Assembly: GCA_977020255.1 (NCBI GenBank)
Contig: CDROCS010000991.1
Span: 310,001 to 374,000 of the forward strand
DNA from: Obrimoposthia wandeli
Lineage: Eukaryota
Direction: 5' to 3'
DNA length: 64,000 bases
A program made the position numbers and the translations under genes. Each line of letters opens with the position of its first letter. Position 1 is the first letter of the stretch. Shown piece after piece: positions 47,728 to 62,700 of this stretch. The notes below the pieces were generated by a model. That model saw nothing but the letters and a program-made list of their open reading frames with translations. It searched no databases and was not told the origin of the DNA.

Positions 47728-50700
47728 ATGGCAACTGAGCTAAACGATGAAAATGAACTTGAAAGTAATGACTCTATAATTAAAGTTTCCGATACAAATT
47801 TATTCAATGGAGATGAAATTTATGAGAACGAGAGATCGTCATTATGCTTGTTCAACCGATCAAATGGCAGCATTTTTAACCTTCGCTTTGGTTCTGATAT
47901 ATTAGAAGAACATTTTCAAGAGTGCTCATTAGGATATAACACGTATCGATATCAAATGAGTAGTTTGTTTTGTGTAATGATTGCATTTGCATGGATAGTT
48001 TATGCAATTGTACGAGCTGAAAATTATCTCGGTTACATTATTGGATCTGTTGTGGCAATTGTCGCTTTTAGTATACTTTTTGGAGTTGCTTATGCCGAGG
48101 ACTTTTATAGAAGAACTTATGTTTGGTTTTTCCGGGCTCTTGGTTTATGTATGAGTATGTTCAGTCTCGTTTCATTTGCAGTTACAACGGAAATGGCAAC
48201 ACGCAGTTTCAGCCTTATTTTCAATACGTATCTCAGCATTCAGACACTCCTTCTCCTATACACGATGGTGCCAGTAAAACTATGGGAGGTATGTGAAACT
48301 GCAAATTTGCAAATATACCTTTTGTAGGCTGTCTGCTCGATAGATTTTCGTTACGATTCAATATTTCCTACCTACAGATATCATTGCTTTCACAATTAAG
48401 GTTCCTTTCATTTGACATCTTATGATTTAAAAGTGACATCCTAAATCAGTCTTGATAAGTAGATCAGCGGTTTAATTGGATAGTTATTTAAATAGAAATA
48501 TGCATTAGTGATGTATAACTTAAGTAATATGCAACAGTTTGTTAATTTATGCCGACTAGTGAAAATTCTATTTCCATTTAAAATAATAATTACCGTATTT
48601 CCGGACTATAAGTCGTTTTTAACTATTACAACGCCAAAAAACCGGAGTATGCTTATTATAAAGGCATTACTAATATTTTAACCAGGTGCAGTGATTGTGT
48701 TGGTATTTGATTAATAAACGATGTGCAGTTTTGTAATTTGTGCACTCCTGTTTTATGGGCATTCTAAACGTTAAAAAGCCGCGCATTGTAGTCCGATAAA
48801 TACGGTAATCACTGTACAAATCAACTTTTGTCATCCAAATACAATCAAAATTTAGGGTTCCACAGTAGACAGTGACTTTCGGAGAACATATAGGTAGCAA
48901 AAACCAGTTGCATATTATACATGATAGAGAACTATGTTTGAATTTTAACTGTGCTTTGGTTTAGTGCCTTATCATATTTTTCTTAATTGTGAATATTGAA
49001 ATGATTTTTTACTATTCTCTCGGTCTTGGTCTACTTTCTATTAATGTAAATTTCTACCGTACTTAAATGAAATGTTTTTTGAATTACCAAGTCGGGGTTA
49101 ATAATTCTGTACATACCTGAGTTCTGATTTGGGACTTTAATACAGTTTCAAGATATGTGAAATCATGAATTTTCTACTTCGTAGAAGTGAGACAGGGTCG
49201 AAACATGTTATGTCTACTGATATAATAATTTAATAAGTGTTTTCGACATTAATCTGCTTTATGTGGATACATATACCTGATTTCGCCAGTTATTACAACA
49301 TACATTTATGGGCAATTCCATTGGCTTTGCAACGCCATTCACTGAAGAAGTCGTTGTTTGCTCAGCAATTTTTACTTTATAAGATATAGAAATCTAGCTA
49401 TGTATTCGAGTGACGTTTTGATCTTTCGAATGAATATGTGCGACAGTCTGTATATATTTTTAAATTGTGAAGTATTTAATCGCTTAATTCAACTTACTTT
49501 ATAGCAAAAAAACTGCTAAAAATATACTTCAAATAATGATAAATTATCTGACTCTGAAATGACTCACTAATCTTGATTGGCGATCTGTCAAAATGAATAA
49601 AATCCTCTTTGTGATGCAGGTGATCATAATGGGAACGAGTCAGAGCTTGGTGTTTATGTTGCTGACGGTGTTGCACTACGGAGTTAGGAGTTGGCAACTA
49701 GTGACCATTCTGCTTTTGCTGCAGTTGGTTGCCCATGTGATTGGACTAGTACATCACCTCACATCTCAGGTCAGCTATATTCAACTAAACATTTGTAACT
49801 ATTAAGTGTATACTACAAATAAATTTCAAATCAATAAACTGTCCTAATTCTCAGGCACGATACAGAACGACATTCTTGAAGCTGGGTCGGAGCGCAGAGC
49901 TGAAGTTACGCATCAAGAAGAAGCAAGACACCCAGAAGGAGATGATCCAGTCGCTGATGCCTCTCCATGTAGCACAGGAAGTGATGACTGATATGCTCAC
50001 CGCTGAGAAGGCAAGGCTGACCAAGAAAGCTAAGAGAGACAGAATTAAAACCAAGAGAGAAGAGGAAGACAGCAGTGACGAGGAGGTGAACAACAACAAT
50101 AGACATCGTCAGTCCATGATCATGATTGAGGCGGGAAATAATAGTGAGCTGATACATATACTGAAAAGTCATACCAAAAAAAAAAAATTATAGAATATAA
50201 ACTTAGCATTCAAAATGGGGAAAAAGCGATTTAATCCGATTTCCCATCAATATTTTATCAAACTAATTTTTCCTACAATTTTGATAGTTTGTAGGTAACT
50301 AACTGTAGCTAATTCCCTAATTGTATTTTTAAAATAAGTTTGACTCGTAAAACTCGAATGAAGTCTCGATCAATACAGTGTTCGATAATATAGAAATATT
50401 CGGAAGTCACATTTGTACCTCAACTACAAATTATGTCTATATATTCTTTGTTGTCTTAAGACGTTGAACTTATTCAAGACGTTGAGCTGTACAAGACGTT
50501 CCCATTTAGAAAATAATGCAGTTAACTAATCAAAGATGCTGATATATAGAGTGCCTGTGGATAATCATTCTTATAATTATTGGGAAATTAGACCGATATT
50601 AAATATAGATTATGTTACGTTAAAATACTTTTAACTTAATTTTTCTAAATTTATCTTTAGCTACTTAATAAAATTTCTCAAAACGGTTTCTGTAAAAATT

Positions 50701-53700
50701 CTTATTTGTTAATTTTATATCAAAATGGGCCTTGTGATTGGAAAATAATATGGGAAAACTTATTCAGACAATATATTGCAGCTTGAATAAAATGTCACAG
50801 AAACTCTTCGTAAAGCTTTTTAATTAGAAAATTCTTCTCATTATTTTAGAACTATTAATTTTTGTTTGCAGTTTCTTATACAAATATAATTTTTTTTATC
50901 TTCACACTGTAATCTTCAATTTTTCAATCTATGATATTTTAGTCGCAGCTTTCACTTATAATTTTTTTCAATTTTAATTTCCCAAGGTCATGTATTTATG
51001 ATTTTTCTTTATAAATAATTTTTTAATAACATGGTTTCCCATTTACTGAATAGCCAAATAATTTCCGAATTAATTATAGCTTTAGTTAGATTTTACTATT
51101 TCTTTTTTAAACTTGAAATTCTATTCTGGCAGTTTTATAGAATTATGTGAATGCGACTAAATTGCTTTTTGTTTAATTATAGACTTCCGTATTTACCCAT
51201 AGATAATACACACCAAGACGTCGATTTATCAGATCCAAAATCTTATTATACCTAAACATGGTTGAGTAAAAATTGTCTTAAAATAATCATTTTACATGTT
51301 TTGTATAATTTCCAAATTTTATAGTATTTCATAAATATTAAAAAAATATTTTGCTGAACACGTAATATGTTAAGTTTGGTTCACGAACTATAGATAGAAC
51401 TAGTTCTTTTGTTTCCAGTGGTTTAGTATGTATAGAAATCCGGGTAATTACATACAACATATGCATAGAAACTGGAGATTTATATTAATACGTGTGCAAA
51501 AAAGGGGGTGCATCTTTCTGTGGGTCATGACTTATTATTTGATCTATTTTCTAAAGTAGATGTGTGTACTATGCCATTCATACACGGTAATAAATTAAAA
51601 CACAAATTCAAAATCGAAACTTTTTACTGAGTTTAACTATAAATGTAACCTTTTCTGAAAGAGACTGACGAATAGTGGTGATATTTGTATTTTTTAATTT
51701 ATTATATTTACCTACAACAGAATTATGGTTTGGGTTTAGTGCCGTGTTGAATACTGAAGTGATGAAAATGCTAGTGATTTGTTATCATTGAGATAAGGGC
51801 CCTTCTCAATGAGTTCGTGGTTGAGCAAACAACTCTGGAGTATTAGTTGACTATAGTTTCAAAAATATCTTATGTTTCGAAGTTGGTTAATCTAGATCCA
51901 TTGCAACTATTTACCATTTTAATATGTTACGTCCGTGGTTCTCAACCCTTTTTGTCCAATGAATCATTTCAACATATGCCAGAATGTCATTCCCCCTTTT
52001 CCAAGATTACCTGTATCAAAATTCATATTAATACATACAGCCTAACATCATAAAATGGACAGAATTTAATATATAGTATATAATTAGATAATGCATTTTA
52101 ATAATAAGCAATAGAATACATTGAGTGTATTGATTTAGAAAATATTTATAAATTATAGTATTATACAATCGTAAGTGTAACATAATTATGTAGATATCGG
52201 TTTATTTTTCTTTCCAGTCCTGAGAAATTTACAAGTACAATTAAATTTGAAGACATTTTTGGACAGCAAAATTTAGAGGAGAAAAATCAATGATTTAATT
52301 TAGTTGATAAACAATGCTGTTCATTCATTTTTCTTTCAATTTGATAAAACCAATCATATATGACAGAGCAGTGGATTTATAACGTCACATTATGTTAAAT
52401 TAGAAATGGTTGTTAAATAACCAAATTTAACTCTACTTCATAAGAAAAACGAATTGGATTTTCAGAGAAGTACGTACAAATTTGTCAAAATTTTTGAATT
52501 AGGATGAAAAAGGGTTTCCGCTAGATGGACTCGATTTTTACAGATTATTCAGGATACATATCTCTAATGAAATAAAATCAATTAAAAAAAAAACATAAAC
52601 ATGGTTGAGTAAAAATTGTCTTAAAATAATCATTTTACATGTTTTGTATAATTTCCAAATTTTATCTGATTCGTGTACATAAATATTATCAAAACAAAAT
52701 TGTTGTTTCTATATGTAATACGTTTTGTTATTTCTCAACAGTTTAGATTTTGTGGATACGACGTTTTGCCATCCTGTGACATAATAGTGATATGGAGATT
52801 TTTTATAGCCAAGGAAATCAAGACACATTCGTATTTGATTACAGTTTTAAATCAGAAGAATATACGAGTGTTCTTAGAAAACTCTTATTAGAGATATTGG
52901 ATCTGAACCTACATTTCAATAATACAAAAAAAGAAAATATGTGTGGTATTTTTGTGATAAAATATATGGAGGTGGTAAACAGTATTGTAATAAAGAGTGT
53001 CTGATAGAAAAGAAAATTGGTTTGTAATACTGCAAAAGACCCTGAATTCTCTATCAGAAAGTGTGTCAAAGAAACTAATAGAAGTGATTAGAAAAAGATA
53101 GTTGAGGTACCAAATATTGATATGTAGGATAAATGAATTAAATAATATATGTTTTGTTTATAGCTTTTATTTGTTACAATAAATAATAGAAAATTGTTGT
53201 AATTTGTTTCTGTAATAACCTTTGTGTAATATATGTAATTTTTATCGTATATTTACCAATATTAAGAATATTAAGGTATGTTCTGATTTTAATGAGTATA
53301 TTCGTTAGGAATTCTACATAATTATACCTAAATTTGTTACAGACTACGTTTAATTTAATTATTTTTTATTAGAGATTTTCAAATTTTATAGAAAAAGAAA
53401 TTGCTTGTGTTTTTAAATTTGACTACATGAACAGTATATTTTTAAAATTCATAACTAATTAGTTAACAGAGTATATTTCAATAAACAAAACGTTTAGTAG
53501 AATGTTACCGTATTGAAATCAATTATATTCTGATGAAGATTACAGTTAGTATGGATAAACCTCTGTTTGCTGTTTCTTCGCCGATTTTCGGATACAGGAT
53601 AACTCACATCTATTTCGTTGATTCGTTTTCATTTGCAACATTATTGAAGCTCCTCACCCAAAGATGTGTTGACACAAATGGAAAGCTATTTATGCCACTT

Positions 53701-56700
53701 TTGAGGTGGAATTGTAAATCAATGGCCAAAAGACAGTGATAGATTTCTCATAGAACATTTTGCTTACTTCCGAATCCATAATGACAATCATCAAGAACTT
53801 TTCAACTGACAATTGAAATTATTTTTCTTTTGCAAATCGCAAAAGCAATTGGTCTTCACTACCAGCAACAAGAATTACAAGGGTTGGGCTCAGTTATGAC
53901 TTGAAGGTTTGAAGGTATGGTTGAGGTCATCTTTGGATGTTCAATAAATTTAAAGGGTTGTGGTCAACCATAGATAGAAGGATGGATTCTGGCTAACTTG
54001 GTACCCCACTTCTGTGTGTGCACACCAACCGGAAGTAAATATGTGTATATCGGGTCTGGCTGAGAAAGGTTATGAAGGTTAGAAGGTATGGTTGTGACCA
54101 TCTAAGGTTGGCCAACACATATAAAGGGTTGTGGTCGTCCATATATCAATGGTTAATGACTTGCAAACATTTAAATATTTAATATTAATATTTCACTTCC
54201 GATTTTTCATCCTACTCATGAAAGTTTTCAAGGAATCCTTGAATTTTATTATGTTAATATTCCTTCCTAGCAAGCTGAAGATTCAGTTTATTCAGCTGCT
54301 TCTTAAAATTGTCAACTAAATAAACCAGACATATGATCCATCCCTTATCACCCAGACAGATGAAAATCTATCTTACCATTAACTTGACAAATAATTTGAG
54401 CTCTTCTCTAATCTCAAAAAGCTGCTCCATTCAATATCATCTAAAATCTATCAAATACCTGTGTGGAAAAGAAACAATTATGGCCATCTATGTCAATAAA
54501 TAACTGCTCGAACTTTGATTTGACTTTTTATTCCCAAAATTTGTCCGATAATCTGTGATCTCGAATCTTTCTTGAAACTCTGAAATTCTCTCCTGATTGA
54601 GAATCCTTGTGATAGGTAATCCAACTAAGATATGAAACGTAAAACCATTTCAAAGTGGCAGTTTCCATGAAATTGCAGGCGGTTTAGGATAAATGACATT
54701 AAAATCACTGTAAAAAGCAAGTTTTCACTTATTAATGGTAGAAACCGTAATTACTTTATTATTTAACAAATTACATAAACTTGCTTTCGTTTCAGAGCTG
54801 GAGATTAAGTCCATGGATTCGGATACAATATCACTGCCAAACGAGGTCAACTTCCGCAAGCTCTATGTTCAGCAGATGAACAACGTCAGTATAATTTTTG
54901 CTGATATTGTCGGCTTCACTCACATGAGCAGTAACAAGACTGCGCCCCATCTTGTGTCTCTGCTCAATGACCTTTTCGGCAGGTGTGACATTAAATAAAT
55001 AATATCTATCAAAATAATCTATATCAATCTCTAGGATCTCTAAACTCGATACAAAACTTTTATTAACTTGATATTGATTAGTTTGAATAATTTGTTAATA
55101 ACATACTACTTACGTTTGTCAGAAGCATGATAGAATACTAATTTATTTTCAAAAAATATTTGTTAGATTTTAAAAATAGCTGCTACATTTTATATTTTTA
55201 CCAATTTTAACTTTCTTTATAAAATAAAACAATCATCTTGATTTTTAAAATATTAATATTGTATTCTTGATATCAAATAATATATTTGAGAATGTAAAAG
55301 ATCAAGTGCCCAGTTTAGAAATGTTCCCATTGTACCATATTACAGTTTATCTAATTTCTAAATCTACAACCTCTTCTGAATCCGTGATTTTGTTGATGTC
55401 CATGTCGTGAGTTTGCATACATGTGCCCTATGTGTAGTCACTGCTTGGGTCGTCCGTGTACATATTTGAGAAATCTACATTTATTTGTATGGGAGTCTGA
55501 TAAGCGTGAGTTACCGACCCCTTTATAACGATAATATTTAACGATAATAATTTAACGAGCTATTGTAGAGCCTCTTCAAGCTAGTCCATCACTCTGCAAA
55601 GCAAAAGAACACGTGAGCTTCCTTTTTGAAGGGATCTAATCGAAGAATAACAATAAATAAATAAACGATATAGCAAAGTTAATTTCAGTAGAATAAAATA
55701 CATTGAACAACTCATCCACTGTTCAGTTTCGACAAGCTGTGCGAGATAAACGGCTGCGAGAAGATCGCGACCTTGGGCGACTGCTACTACTGTGTGGCAG
55801 GTTGTCCCACCGAAACTGTGGACCACGCGGAGCGTTGTGTAGAGATGGGACGGTCAATGTGTCTGGCCATTCAGCAGTTTGACGTGAAACACAACGAGGA
55901 AGTGAGTGTCAATCGATTTATCTATTCAACATGAAAATCGGTCACATTAGATGAGGGTGATTTTGTGTTCTTATTCTACCCATTCTTCCTAGACCCTTGA
56001 TTCTGTTTGCTCCATATGTCAGTATTTAAGGTTTCGTTTACCTATACCGATCTGAATGTTTCTTTACGTCACAATTTCTTCATTCTCTATTTCAGAAAAT
56101 CTTCTTCGAATGTTCTTTCCTCTTTATGATTTTCAAGGAAGATCTTGATTATTACTAGGCCAGTCAAGTAGCCTTACACTAATGTAATTTTGATGCATGG
56201 CAGAGAACTTGATGATGCATAAATAAGCCACTTCTTTCATGATACCACGCATCCATCTTTATTTTCATACAACTCGACAGAACTGTAAAGTACTGCTTTT
56301 TTCTCATTGCACCTTCTACCCAAATGGAGACTAAATAGTATGTGCCTATTAGTTCTTCCCAATCTTTGGTCTTGTTAAATAAATATTGTCATACAGAAAG
56401 TAGTAATTTAAAATTTAAAAATACCAATTTTAAAATATACATAAAAGTGTTAAAATAACATGTAATTTACAATCATTGATGACTTCATGGGGTTTTCCTA
56501 TTCTCCCAACTGTGCAGGTGAACATGCGAGTGGGGGTTCACACAGGAAACGTGACCTGCGGCATTGTGGGGACTCATCGGTTCAAGTTCGATGTGTGGGG
56601 CCACGACGTCACTCTGGCCAATGAAATGGAGTCCAGTGGGCAGGCGGGTCGCGTTCACATTTCTGAGGACACCTACAACTTTGTTAAGGACATCTACAAG

Positions 56701-59700
56701 GTCGAACCGGGCACCGAGTTGAATGGTGCGTTGATTGAGAAGCTAATGTCAGAAACCTTTTTATGATACTATTACATTAACTCTTCGGCAATTTACTGGA
56801 CATTGTTACATTAGTAAGTGCTTTTAGTACTTTACAGTGTATAACTTAGCTACGAAAGCACAGGGTTTACACAATGTTTCATTTCTTTATTGCAGGACCA
56901 TATTTTAGTATATAAATTATGTGTTTCTAAGTATACAAACTTTTAGTTATTTTATTATGCTCGTATTAGTAGGGAAAGTACGGCAATAGTATTTTATTAT
57001 TCAATAATTGCGGTGTGATCCCGTTTTAAGAAACCCAGTGAGATGATGCGATGGTGGCCGTTAAAACGGGATTATACTGTATATGCTGTCCAGCATGGAC
57101 ATTGCTGTCATGTGAATCCCAAGCTAAACTGTCTTACTCCCTTTAGACATTCGAGAATTGGATGTGTTGTCAGATTACTTTGACCAAGACACGATGCAGT
57201 ACGCCAGCAAACATGTACAGAAACACACAGGTTGGTTTCGTCTGTCAATTATATTTGTTCAATTAAACATTAAACTTTAGCTTTAGAACATATTTAGTAT
57301 TTGCATTGAGAAACAATTCCGATACTTTTCCAATCATTGGTGGAATATTACAAGAGAGTAAATAGAGGGTGATATTCAAAAGAGAAAAATACGAACTTTC
57401 AAACATTTATTTACTTTGATACGTTGTGACATTTTGTTGAACATTTACGGTTGTCACATCGACCTTTACATTGACAAATTGTACGGTCTTCTTTCCGACT
57501 TTTCTTCTCACCAGCTTTACAGCAGGACTTTTTACGATAATTACACTTCTTGAGGAACGTTGACATTGGTTTCCCGGGGTTCTGGAAAGAATTCATATTT
57601 GTTGGGACAGAAATTGTTTCTCGGTAATCCACTGGTAGTGTACAATCTCTATATTGATGTGTATCGAATTCTATTGTCCCAGGAACTTTCCAGCACTGTG
57701 TTGCAACGACATGCACTCGCAATCTGACCGTGTTGTCAACGTGTCAGAACCAGTTCTGTTTATTGTACATTCACTTGTCGATTCGATTTCTTCTAGTATA
57801 ACCGAATTTTTGAAAATTTTACATGAGCCTCTTCCGAAATTTTGTTTTTCTGTCATTATTTTAATCCACTGTTCATTAAAAAAAGTCAAAATTCTACCAA
57901 ATTGTAATTTCTACATTGAGAGGAAAAATCTTTTTAAACCGTTATTAAGCAGTATAAAAATGTAAAATATACAGTTAAAAGGTGGCTAAATAACATAAAT
58001 GACCAATATCAGTAAACTATATTTCCACCTTTTAACTGTATATTTTACATTTTTTCTGCTTAATAATGATTAAAAATTATATTTTATTTCAATGTAGAAA
58101 TTAAAATTTGGTAGAATTTATTTATGGATAAAATGTTTATGATTAAATTCACTATATATTTAGAATTATTTAATCATTAAGTAATTCAATATTTTAAAGT
58201 AAAATAAAATTTCCATAATATACGTAGTAGTAAAATTTCATCTATGAATCTTTTCATTCTGAATATTGAAAAATAAAATATTTCACAAATTTTTAAAAAT
58301 AAAAATATTGTGACATTTGTAAACTTACTTAGTAAGTTAAATGTCAATATTTGGAAATAATTTTTACATGTACCGACCTAGCTTATTTCTTATTATGTAA
58401 TACTTATTATTTTTCTTTCTGAAACTGAAAAGGAAAGATTTCGAAAGTGAATATAAAAATTACATTCGGACTGAAACGGTTCTAGGAGCTGGTTCTCTCC
58501 AAAGTTTTTCTGGGGATAGCTGGTATTTGGAATGTAGTTGTATCTGATAAAGCGAATTATTCGAAGTACTGGGGAGATTTTCTTCATTCTACGACTAATA
58601 ATTTGCCAATTTTACGATGACGAAAATATTAAAAAGTTTTCGAAAAAAATCATATGGATAATAAATCACGTTTCAAAAAATAGAAAATAGAAAAGTTCGT
58701 ATATTCTAAAACAATGTGATGAAGTATTTCTGATTAATTAATTGGATATATTTATTTAAAACTTACAGTACTTTTGTCGTTATCTGCATAAAATTTTAGA
58801 AGTTTTTCTCCCTGTCATTCATATTTTTTTTAATATAAGTTTCCTTTTAATTTTTAAAAAAATAGTCAGATTAAAATAATAAATAAAGAAAGTAAAATAA
58901 AAATTTGCGATTTTATAAATATATAAATATTTAAAAAAAAATCATTTAATGACAATGTCAAATAGTAACTTACGTTTTGAATGTTACCTTTAAATGACGT
59001 TCTACTACTTATTATTAATAGTAAATAAATTGTTTTATATATAGCAGATTTAATATGAAGAAATGAAATATAATTTTGGAAATTTATACTGTACTTGGGA
59101 AAAACTATGAAAAACGTATTAAGTTCTTCACCAAAGAAATTTTTATTATGTAAATAAGTAAATTTAATATTTTTTATTATCAAATTTTTGGATTATTTTT
59201 TCTAATGGAGTTATTTTTTCATTTTCTGTGAGAATTGAACCATACATATAAAAAAAAATTCTAAGAAGTTGCCAATTTCTAAGAGTCTTTGTAAAACAAT
59301 TTGTCACTACTTTTGATGTGACAGCGTCACAAGCCTAAATTATTAATGAGTGAATTAGTTTGATTCTTTAAACTATTTTTTCATAACGTTCACTTTCATT
59401 ATGTAGAATACTTATGTTTCTACTGAACAATTTTTTATCGTTCTTTAAACAAAAATTAATTATAATAAAAATCGAAAGTTTCTCATAGAAATACAAAAAA
59501 TCGTTCATTAAATAAAATTTCCCTAAGTAAAAATGGAGCTGTATCTGTATTTGGACGTAAAATTATTTTCAAAGGTTAATAAAAAGCAATAGAAAATAAA
59601 AATGCAATTAAAAAATAATTATACCTATCATACTTGAATTAGATGTTATTTAAATAATTGTTCATTTTGTCATGTTTAGAACAGTTTTGTAATAATAAAT

Positions 59701-62700
59701 ACATTTTTCGATTTTTCTCACCTTTTTATTGTATTTTATTTAACAGTTATCCCAACATATTTCGTGGTGGAGAGATTCGATGAGAAGCTGGCCAGAACCG
59801 TTTATGTAAGTTGATGATTATTAGATTCAGAGTTAGAACTGGTCCAAAAAACTCACGTATATCGAATTTCTCTATCTTCGAATCGGGGTTATTTCGACAT
59901 ACTTAAGCAATATATATTCGGTATTATTTAAATCTTAATTTTTAAATATTTAGTAGTACTTATTAAGAATTTCTAATTGGGGAAGAGTGGTTATTTAATT
60001 ATAATTTGTAAGTACAATTATTTTAACCAATATTTATCTTAAGATTGGGTTCAAATATCACAAACTTTTATGACGGAGACAATAAAACTTTAACAATCAT
60101 CCAGGATCAACAGGAAATCGGATCTGCACTGGTTACAGAATTTGAATGCGGTGATCCAGAAATATCCACCAACAGAGACTGGTCACAACAAATCCAAAAC
60201 GGTGACCTTGACGAAGACATACTTAATGATGAGAGGATGGTAGAATGTCTCACAGAAGATTCTTCTCTAATTTCCTCCTTATTCAAGCCACCAATAAACA
60301 GCTGTACTCTTAGATTTCGGGTACATTTAAATAGACGATGGCTTTATACTTATTACTATATTAAATTTATTATGATTCTTGTATGTTTGCAAGAGTGATT
60401 GAATGAATGTATGATATGCTTAATAACTGATTTATCACATGATATCTTCAGTCGAAGGTTAAGAACGAAAGAAAATAGAAGAGCTATATTTTGTTTATTG
60501 TCGTTAGAATATAAATAGATAATATGAATGTATTGACTCGAAACGAATCTGACAAACTTTACCATGACAATTTTACGATATAATAAATGATCAAAAATGG
60601 TTTAGTAACAGTTGAAAAAGCCTCCTATACATTGTTTGACTGTCTGAGTCCCGGGTTTATTTGACTTATTTCTATAAAGAAGTGAGTTTTCAAAATTTCA
60701 TTGTGGTTGTGTTTTGCATTTTTTATCACACAAAAAAGCACCAAATGCATACTATTTTTATTTCTTAGAAATAATTTTGATGGCTATAACGTATTTCTAT
60801 CTCCGATGGTGTTAAATCCATTCCCGACACCAGACGATTTCAACTTTAAAATCCTACTTTTAATTAAAAAAAAAGTGAAAATGAAAAGTTTTTGTTTTAA
60901 TCTTTTTATTATATATAATATAAACAAAATAAAATGAAGTTTTCCGTGATGTATGTTTTTTTTTGTTGTTTTTTTTTCTCGTATGTTTTTACCTGTGAAA
61001 TTGGCAATCTGGTGGATGAAATTTTCCTTTAGAAGAACTAAACATAAGCATATGAAAATCAACTTTCCAGTATATTAACTCACTGTTGGTTTTGATCGTA
61101 CCTACGTTTAGCAACTGAGTCTATTATTCGTCTTATATGTTTTTAAATATATGTTTATATAACCATAATGAATGTAGCATTTAAACAAAAAATTATGTAT
61201 AAATGTAATCATTTAATTTATAAATCCAATAATGCTTTTGGTAAGTTAATATTTAACATTGTTCTCGACAATTATCTTTGGGAGTTTTATAAATATGAAG
61301 ATTTGTAAGAAGATTTGTAATATATTATTGTAATGTCACTAGGTTCGAAAAGATTTTTATAATTCTCTCAGTATTAACAAATAGGCAATACTTGTCAAAT
61401 ATAAATTATATATGTTTAAATATAATTCCTAAATACACCAATTACATAGAAAAATTGGTACACAACTTTTATTTTTGACGTTCAACTTTCAATTGGAGAA
61501 TTGAACCCCGAGCTTCCAAAATGAATTATATTATATCATTGAAATTTTGTTGATTCGAGATTGGAAAATAGTTAGATGTTTTACTGATTAAAATAAGGTG
61601 AATATTGTACTTAACAAACTACTTTTTATGATTTTGACGAAAGAAATTCAGTCACTAAACGTGAGACATGCGACTGAGCGTTGCCGTGAATCAAAACATA
61701 GGGATCTTCTTCTAGCCATGCATTCCACAAAAACTATAAATTTCAGCTACATGAAACTTGTTACGCATCATGTTTAAAATAAAAAACTGTTATTGTTTGA
61801 TCATTCCCATAAATTTTCTATAATTTTTAATCCTAAATTCAAATGAATGGCATTATTTAAGTAACTATCTGATTTGATTTAAATTTTGCAATACCGATGA
61901 TAGATATTTAAAGTATACATTTCAAATGGCAAATATAAATTTTAATCTTTATAATTGTATTCAAACCAAATCAAGTTTGATGAAGCGATTTAACATCAAC
62001 AGAAAATAATTTCAAATGTTATCACATCAATAATTGCTCTCTGTCCCACACAGGACAACAATATTTATGTATCTTTCGTCATCTTTCATATTGAGATCCC
62101 TCATTGAACTTATAAAGTTCACATTTAAAATATCAAAATTTAACTCACTCACAAAACTTCCTCACGAGATTTGAATACATTTCCCAAAACAGTACCGTTC
62201 TTCTTTTCTTCAATGGATATTTTATGCAACATTTTGACAAATTCCTAAATACGTCTTTACGCTCCAATTATAATGATACTTTATCGTCACAAGCAAAATT
62301 CTTCCATTGCTCAGTTTTCAATGTATTCAAGTAGAAAATCTTAACAGATAAGCAGAAAATAAACTCACCAGATCTATAATAATTGTCGCTTATTGGACCA
62401 CACAGGACGACAATCTGGAGCGGCGCTACCACCGGATGGAGCTGCGTCCACATCGTCGTCACAACCGCCAGCTGACCTGGGCCAACTACCGTGTGACTCC
62501 GCTCATCTATGGGCTCACAAACTGGATCCACATCGCCGCTGTCATTGCGGCCTGCTTCATCGGCTTCGCACAGCCACCGACAACCAGCAACAGCTTCTAC
62601 TCTTACCAGAATCGCGCCGTCTTCTACGGGCTGCTGGCGCTGACTGTGCTCGTCAACTTGGTTTTCATCGTACCTCTGCTGCTCGACTTCGCTTTGCTTA

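Noticed and set aside
48329-48400. An extra adenylate cyclase exon after a 40-nt intron
   Set aside because: The frame closes quickly; exon 1 joined directly to 49620 gives PVKLWE-VIIMGTSQSLVF, which fits the AC9 alignment.
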